DNA of 32,000 nucleotides from Chlamydiales bacterium (GTDB lineage Bacteria; Chlamydiota; Chlamydiia; Chlamydiales; SM23-39): NCBI GenBank assembly GCA_965261025.1, contig OZ253438.1, positions 870,001 to 902,000 of the forward strand, read 5' to 3'. Shown piece by piece: positions 26,792 to 32,000 of this stretch (position 1 is its first letter; each line of letters starts with the position of its first letter). The notes under the pieces were generated by a model. It saw only the letters and a program-made list of their open reading frames with translations, ran no database searches and was not told where the DNA came from. The position numbers and the translations under genes were made by a program.

Positions 26792-27031
26792 ATGGCAGAC
26801 ACCGTTCTCAGTTTTAATGATCTTATAAAAAAATATGCTCAAATCCAGAGTAAACTTGTTACTCAGGTAAAAGCTTTAGCTAGCAAACTCAGCCAAGCTA
26901 ATCCAGGCCAGTTTTTGCTAATCCAGTTTCAAATGAGCCAAGTAACCCAAGTGGGAGATTCTATTTCTAATTTGATTGCCCAAGTAAATAGCATGATTAA
27001 TTCCACCGTAAGAAACCAAAGACCTCAATAA
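26792..27031 (+). CDS. cdsF: T3SS needle filament protein SctF (CdsF)
   Basis: 79 aa, helix-turn-helix with a central ANPGQ turn. It has the needle-type C-terminus (QVGDSISNLIAQVNSMINSTVRNQ) and an AAGGAG SD. Confidence 0.8.
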   Translation: MADTVLSFNDLIKKYAQIQSKLVTQVKALASKLSQANPGQFLLIQFQMSQVTQVGDSISNLIAQVNSMINSTVRNQRPQ

Positions 27032-27043
27032 AGTAGAATACTT

Positions 27044-27499
27044 ATGGATCTTACAGAATATGGGAAGGACTTTATTCTCCTGGCAGAAGCAGGGTTCATT
27101 GCCGTGAACCAATCTGACGAAGACTCTGCTATAAAGTTGTTTCAAGCAGCGGCTCTTTTAAATCCAGAAAATTCTCTTCCTACTATTGGGATGGGATATT
27201 TGTATCTACATAAACTGCAGATAAAAAAAGCATGTGATCTCTTTGAAAAAGTATTGAAAGAGGAACCCCATAACGAAATGGTAAAATCCTTCTTAGGTCT
27301 TTGTCTTGTTTTTTCCTCCTCTAAAGTTACTAAGGGAGAAAAAATTTTAGAAGAGACCCTTCATTCTGGAGACAAAATGGTGAGAAATCTTTCTGAATCT
27401 GCTTTAAAATTTGTAGAAACTTTTGTAAAAAAGCCCTCTTCTCCAATGGAGAGAATTTCAAAAACCAGAGCCAAAGGAAAAAAACATGGCCGAAAATAA
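27044..27499 (+). CDS. cdsG: TPR-like needle chaperone YscG/CdsG-like
   Basis: 151 aa with TPR-like repeats (AIKLFQAAALLNPENSLPTIGMGYLYLHKLQIKKACDLFEKVLKEEPHN). Its position matches CT667. Confidence 0.7.
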   Translation: MDLTEYGKDFILLAEAGFIAVNQSDEDSAIKLFQAAALLNPENSLPTIGMGYLYLHKLQIKKACDLFEKVLKEEPHNEMVKSFLGLCLVFSSSKVTKGEKILEETLHSGDKMVRNLSESALKFVETFVKKPSSPMERISKTRAKGKKHGRK

Positions 27500-28100
27500 T
27501 CCTGTAGATAAAATCCAACCTGGGAAAAGTAGAGAAATTACAGAAAGCTCTTCTAACATGCCCCGTTCTTCCTCTTTTGAAAAATATATGCAGACTCCCT
27601 CGAATAGCCCTTCTACAAAAAAGGTTCCCAGTGCTTCAGAATTCTCTCCCTCTTTGCAAAAACCTACTCTCGCTTCTATAAAAGGTCAGGCAAATAGCGT
27701 TGACGCCTCTTTAGACTCTCTTCATGCGCAGCTGAAAGCTAATCCGAATCTAAAAATGAAAGCACAACACGCACGCCTTTTGGAAGACAAACTAAAGCAA
27801 TCAAACAAACACCTGAAAGAGGCTTCCCAAAACCTGGGAATCCCCTCTTCTGCTTTAAAAAAACCCGCTTCCAAAGGCCCGATTCACAGGTTTTTAGGGT
27901 ATGTAACTAATGGACAAAAACAGATTTTGGAGGCCAAAAAAAAGCTAGAAACTTTAAAAACGGAAGGAAGTCTAAATCCTGCTGATCTAATTTTGGTACA
28001 GGTAAAGCTTTCTCAAGCACAACAAGATCTAGAATACTCCTCCATCTTACTAGGTAAGGTAGTAGATATGTTTAAACAAATTATGAATATCCAGATTTAA
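27486..28100 (+). CDS. CT668-position protein; candidate inner rod (SctI-like)
   Basis: 204 aa, overlapping cdsG by 14 nt. The N-terminal half is Ser/Pro-rich and looks disordered. The C-terminus (LNPADLILVQVKLSQAQQDLEYSSILLGKVVDMFKQIMNIQI) resembles the needle/rod-type C-terminal helix of YscI/PrgJ. Confidence 0.55.
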   Translation: MAENNPVDKIQPGKSREITESSSNMPRSSSFEKYMQTPSNSPSTKKVPSASEFSPSLQKPTLASIKGQANSVDASLDSLHAQLKANPNLKMKAQHARLLEDKLKQSNKHLKEASQNLGIPSSALKKPASKGPIHRFLGYVTNGQKQILEAKKKLETLKTEGSLNPADLILVQVKLSQAQQDLEYSSILLGKVVDMFKQIMNIQI

Positions 28101-28127
28101 CTCGCTTAGGAAAAGGGCGACTCACCT

Positions 28128-29441
28128 ATGGAATCTTTTGACAAACTTTTAAGCCACCTAGAAGATTTAGAGCTAACCACAGTTCACGGAAGAATTACCG
28201 AGGCAGTGGGAACCCTTTTAAAGGCTATCATTCCTCAAGTAAAAATGGGAGAGATTTGTGTTATTAAAAGGGATGGAGCGCCTCTATTATCCGAAGTGGT
28301 GGGTTTTACAAAAGACGAGGTTTTCCTATCTCCTTTAGGGGATATGAAAGGGGTAGGCCCTTCTTCTGAGGTGATTCCTATGAGATTATCTCTTCATATC
28401 AAGGTAGGGAAAAATCTTTTAGGCAGAATCTTAAATGGTATTGGGGAACCTTTAGATGAGGAAAGCAACGGTCCCTTAAAACTAACGGAAACGTTTCCTG
28501 TAATAAATGTCCCTCCCAATCCTTTGAAAAGATCCATTATAGAAGAGCCAATTTCTGTAGGAGTCCGCTCTATAGATGCCGTGTTAACCTGTGGAAAAGG
28601 ACAACGAATAGGAATCTTTGCCGCAGCTGGGGTAGGAAAATCAACCCTCCTCGGAATGATTGCAAAGCATGCCAAAGCAGATGTAAATGTAATCTCTTTA
28701 ATCGGAGAAAGAGGGAGAGAGGTTCGGGAATTTTTACAAAATGACCTAGGAGAAGAAGGTCTGGCTCGTTCTGTGGTTATTGTTTCTACTTCTGATCAAG
28801 CGCCCCAGCTTCGCATTAATGCAGCTTATGTGGGAACCGCCATCGCAGAGTACTTTAGAGAACAGGGAAAATCAGTTATCCTGATGATGGACTCTATTAC
28901 TCGTTTTGCCAGAGCTTTAAGAGAAATAGGCCTTGCTGCGGGGGAGCCTCCTGCAAGGGCTGGCTATACTCCTTCTGTTTTTGCAACTCTTCCTAAACTG
29001 TTAGAAAGATCGGGAAACAATGACAAAGGCTCTATTACCGCTTTTTATACTATCTTAGTAGCAGGAGATGATATGAATGAACCTATAGCAGATGAGGTTC
29101 GCTCTATTTTAGATGGACACATCGTATTATCTTCTGAGCTTGCAAGACAGTATCACTATCCTGCAGTAGATGTTCTTTCTTCAGTAAGCAGAATTATTGG
29201 ATCTATCACAACAGAAGAACATTTAAAGCTGATTGGAAAGTTAAGAGAAGTGCTTGCTAACTATAAAAAAAATGAACTGTTAATACGAATTGGAGAATAT
29301 AAACCTGGCTCGGATAAGGATGCTGATTTTGCTTTAAAATACATTCAATCGGTAAATCGTTTTCTAAAACAAAATGTGAACGAAAAAACCTCCTTTGAGC
29401 AAAGTTTAACGGAGCTACGAGCTATATTTAGAGGCTTATGA
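28128..29441 (+). CDS. cdsN: T3SS ATPase SctN (CdsN)
   Basis: 437 aa. Walker A is GIFAAAGVGKSTLLGMIA and Walker B is VILMMDSITRFARALREIGLAAGEPPARAGYTPSVF. The C-terminal block is YPAVDVLSSVSR. Confidence 0.95.
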   Translation: MESFDKLLSHLEDLELTTVHGRITEAVGTLLKAIIPQVKMGEICVIKRDGAPLLSEVVGFTKDEVFLSPLGDMKGVGPSSEVIPMRLSLHIKVGKNLLGRILNGIGEPLDEESNGPLKLTETFPVINVPPNPLKRSIIEEPISVGVRSIDAVLTCGKGQRIGIFAAAGVGKSTLLGMIAKHAKADVNVISLIGERGREVREFLQNDLGEEGLARSVVIVSTSDQAPQLRINAAYVGTAIAEYFREQGKSVILMMDSITRFARALREIGLAAGEPPARAGYTPSVFATLPKLLERSGNNDKGSITAFYTILVAGDDMNEPIADEVRSILDGHIVLSSELARQYHYPAVDVLSSVSRIIGSITTEEHLKLIGKLREVLANYKKNELLIRIGEYKPGSDKDADFALKYIQSVNRFLKQNVNEKTSFEQSLTELRAIFRGL

Positions 29442-29944
29442 AGGGGTTGAAATATCCTTTAGAGCAACTTTTACAAATCAAAAAAAGTCGTTATGATCAA
29501 GCTTTAAAAACCTTAGAGAAAAAAAAAGCTCTCCTAGAAGAAGAAAAGAAAAAGTTAGAAAAATGTGAAAGGGAAAAAGGAAGGGTTTTAACTCACAAAC
29601 AGGAAAAACTAAGGCAACTTAGACAAGACCTTGATGGAGGAACTACTTCAGATAAAGTACAAACTGGCAAACAATATTTAAAAGTAGTCGAAGAAAAGCT
29701 ACAAGAGGAAGAAAAGAAGGTAGAAAAACAAAAACAAAATGTAAAAAATGCTGAGAAACAGGTAGAAATAGCAAAAGAAGAGCTTTTTCAAAAGAAAAGG
29801 GATCTGGAAAAGCTGGAAATCCATCAAAAAGAGTGGAAAAAAGAGGTAAAGCTTTGGAGTACAAGACAAGAAGCTTTAGAACACGATGAGCTAGGATCTA
29901 TTAGCCATTCTTTTCGAAAAAAAAAAGATAGGGATCTTACATGA
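29438..29944 (+). CDS. cdsO: T3SS stalk protein SctO (CdsO; YscO/FliJ-like)
   Basis: 168 aa, a Lys/Glu/Gln-rich coiled coil. It has an ATGA overlap with cdsN, and its position matches CT670. Confidence 0.75.
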   Translation: MKGLKYPLEQLLQIKKSRYDQALKTLEKKKALLEEEKKKLEKCEREKGRVLTHKQEKLRQLRQDLDGGTTSDKVQTGKQYLKVVEEKLQEEEKKVEKQKQNVKNAEKQVEIAKEELFQKKRDLEKLEIHQKEWKKEVKLWSTRQEALEHDELGSISHSFRKKKDRDLT

Positions 29945-31275
29945 ACATCCGAGAAGTCCAACCCCAAAATGCCGATTCTCCTGAAAGAAGAAAACAGCTT
30001 CAACCAGGACAAGAAGAAAAATTTAAAAAGCTTACTCAAATAGAGAAAGTAAAAGAAATTGATGCCGATGAGAATAGAAAAAGGAAAAAACAAAGAGGAG
30101 AACCAGAAGAGGAGGCCTCTTCTATGCAAAAATTTAGCTCTCCTATGGAAATCGCGAGAGAAAAAACCCCAAAAACAGATCTTTTTCGAAAAAACTTTTC
30201 TGCCAAACAAGGTTTTGGATCCCCTGTTGCTTCAACTACTCCTTCTCCTTCTTTTTCTTCCGAATCAGAACCTACAGAAGGCCTTCCTTCTTCCAATCTG
30301 TTTTGGCAAGGAGCGCCGTTAAATGCTCCTGAAAAAAAATCGGAGAGAAGCCTTAAAAAACCCTCGGAAAAATCCAAGGAACTCCCCTCAAAAAAATCTT
30401 CAAAAGAAGAGAAAGTAGAGCCCTTTTTTGAAAAGGAGGAAATCTCTCCCACTCCTGTAGATCCTAAAAAAGCCTCTTCTAACACTAAGGAGGTAAAAGA
30501 GTCTGTTTCCTCCCAGGAAAAAGAAGAAAAGCCCTTTGAAAAAAAACCACATATCCCTGCAAATAAGACTTCCTCTTTAGAGGAAAAAAGAAAAGATCCC
30601 TCTTTTTCTACAGAAAAAAAGCCTCTTCGAAGAAAGAAAAAAAAGGAAATAAACGAGCCGATTACTCCAAAAAAAGAAGCCCCTTCTTTAAAGGAAAAAA
30701 AGAAAGGAAGAAAAACTTCTTCTAAAACACCTTTAAAACATATCGCTGACAACTTTGCCCCTATGTTGGTTCTCCCTTCAGAAAACAAAGAGACTTCTTT
30801 CCATAAAGAAGGGAAGAAAAAAGAAACACATCCTATAGCAGGGCTCGATTCCATAAAAATACCTCCTGAAATTGCGGCAGAAGGCCTCTCTGCCACTACA
30901 AGTCTTCCTTCTTATATAAGCCCGCAAGTGCAAAATTTGTTTGCTCAAATGGTAAGCACCATCCTGGTCATGCAAACCAAAGAGATTGTTTCAACGCAAG
31001 TAGAACTAAACACTCCTTCCTTTGAAAAGTCGATCTTTAAAGGAGCTATCATTACTATAGATCGCTATTCCACAGCGCCTGGTTCTTTTAACATTCGCTT
31101 ATCTGGTTCTCCGGAAGCAGTACAACTTTTTGAAAAAAATATTTCTACACTACAAGCCGCTTTTCAAAAAGGAAAATTTTCTTTTCGAGTCTCTAGGCTA
31201 GAGACTTCTCTAAAGGAAGGGAGACCCTTAGTACAAAGAAAAGGCTCTTCTAAAGAAACAGGGGGAGGTTCTTAG
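29941..31275 (+). CDS. cdsP: T3SS needle-length regulator SctP (CdsP; YscP/FliK-like)
   Basis: 444 aa with an ATGA overlap with cdsO. A long Lys/Glu/Ser/Pro low-complexity spacer precedes a C-terminal FliK/T3S4-like domain (QVELNTPSFEKSIFKGAIITIDRYSTAPGSFNIRLSGSPEAVQLFEKNISTLQAAF). Confidence 0.7.
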   Translation: MNIREVQPQNADSPERRKQLQPGQEEKFKKLTQIEKVKEIDADENRKRKKQRGEPEEEASSMQKFSSPMEIAREKTPKTDLFRKNFSAKQGFGSPVASTTPSPSFSSESEPTEGLPSSNLFWQGAPLNAPEKKSERSLKKPSEKSKELPSKKSSKEEKVEPFFEKEEISPTPVDPKKASSNTKEVKESVSSQEKEEKPFEKKPHIPANKTSSLEEKRKDPSFSTEKKPLRRKKKKEINEPITPKKEAPSLKEKKKGRKTSSKTPLKHIADNFAPMLVLPSENKETSFHKEGKKKETHPIAGLDSIKIPPEIAAEGLSATTSLPSYISPQVQNLFAQMVSTILVMQTKEIVSTQVELNTPSFEKSIFKGAIITIDRYSTAPGSFNIRLSGSPEAVQLFEKNISTLQAAFQKGKFSFRVSRLETSLKEGRPLVQRKGSSKETGGGS

Positions 31276-31276
31276 A

Positions 31277-32000
31277 GTGGACCTTTCCCTTTTTGAAAAG
31301 ATCAAACCTCTTTTACAGCTTACTGAAAAAAAAACTCTTTTAGGCTCTTCTGCTATTCCTTGGAAAGAAGTGGCCCAAACGATTGCTACAAACTGGAAAC
31401 TTTCCTCTTTAGGTATTTCTTGTAAAGAACAGAAAACCTGGAAAGAAACGGAGCTTCTTTTAGGATTTAGCGAAAATTTTTATTTAGTTTCTCTTCATTT
31501 TTCTCCTTTGGCAGGAAAAGTATTTTGGATCATGGATCATGCTGACCTGGCGAAATTATGCGCTGAATTTTTGATACAAAATGGACCACAAGACTTGCTT
31601 TTTTCTGAAATTTTACAAGAGAGTTTTTACCACTTTTTACTCACACAAGTTCTCTCCGATGTTGTAGAACATTCTTTCTTTCACAATTTCTCTCCTAAAA
31701 TAGCCTTTGAAAGTCCCCTTCCTGAACAAGCATGCTTTGGCACAGATATTCTTATAAAAACCCCAAAATATTCCCTTTGGGGAAGGCTTTTACTCACCTC
31801 TGATTTCGTATCTTCGTGGAATCATTATTTGCAAAAACACTTTCCCAAAGAAGAAATTTCCTTGGAAGACAAGCAAAAAGTAGTTTCTCTTTTGCTCTCT
31901 GTAGGCTCTTTTTCCCTTTCTGAAGAGACTTGGGAAAAAATAAAACCGGGGGACTTTATCACTCTAGAAGAAGTTTTCTATGATCCCCATCTTCAGGCAG
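31277..32000 (+). CDS. cdsQ: T3SS cytoplasmic sorting-platform protein SctQ (CdsQ), N-terminal part; runs off the window
   Basis: It is absent from the ORF track because it has no stop in the window. The GTG at 31277 lies 8 nt after GGGGGAGG. My manual translation reads MDLSLFEKIKPLLQLTEKK...LSEETWEKIKPGDFITLEE and is open to the window end. Its position matches CT672. Confidence 0.7.
   Translation, partial: MDLSLFEKIKPLLQLTEKKTLLGSSAIPWKEVAQTIATNWKLSSLGISCKEQKTWKETELLLGFSENFYLVSLHFSPLAGKVFWIMDHADLAKLCAEFLIQNGPQDLLFSEILQESFYHFLLTQVLSDVVEHSFFHNFSPKIAFESPLPEQACFGTDILIKTPKYSLWGRLLLTSDFVSSWNHYLQKHFPKEEISLEDKQKVVSLLLSVGSFSLSEETWEKIKPGDFITLEEVFYDPHLQA

Noticed and set aside
30036-30896. 286-aa ORF antisense to cdsP (and the 87-aa ORF at 30059-30322)
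   Set aside because: It is the mirror image of the Lys/Glu/Ser low-complexity spacer, giving a Phe/Ser/Leu-rich product. It has no RBS, and the sense strand has operon context and a recognisable C-terminal domain.
1-32000. CRISPR arrays, rRNA genes, IS elements, toxin-antitoxin pairs or known defence-system genes
   Set aside because: I saw no spaced direct repeats, no nuclease, transposase or integrase motifs, and no short paired ORFs of TA type while reading both strands. The SWIM-SNF2 helicase is a conserved chlamydial housekeeping gene rather than a defence module.

Overview
The window reads as a chromosomal segment of a chlamydia-like bacterium (phylum Chlamydiota), AT-rich and densely coding. 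The assignment rests on gene order. The left half (1-13 kb) is housekeeping. It holds a partial GT9 heptosyltransferase-like gene and ndk, then pckA-mreB-SWIM/SNF2 helicase on the minus strand, then tRNA-Gly-tig-clpP-clpX on the plus strand. That order matches my recollection of the Chlamydia trachomatis CT705-CT710 block. The right end (24.3-32 kb) is a type III secretion (T3SS) apparatus operon in the CT663-CT672 order: Scc4-like chaperone, CdsD, CdsE, CdsF, CdsG, a CT668-like protein, CdsN, CdsO, CdsP and partial CdsQ. The stretch at 13-24.2 kb is the part I cannot assign to named families and is the most interesting. Two very AT-rich intergenic regions each carry the same 19-nt extended -10 promoter block. 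Each block drives a paralogous small acidic helical protein (129 and 138 aa). One heads an orphan two-gene cassette whose second gene encodes a Cys/His-rich 256-aa protein. The other heads a six-gene operon ending in proteins with the architecture of an EspA/SseB-like protein, a major translocator and a minor translocator, closed by a clean rho-independent terminator. Between the two modules, on the opposite strand, lies a three-domain Aas-like gene (acyltransferase, carrier domain, acyl-AMP ligase). Its acyltransferase HX4D catalytic His is replaced by Leu. No CRISPR array, IS element, integrase, rRNA or obvious pseudogene was seen. All family calls come from motifs and architecture read by eye. 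No database search was possible.
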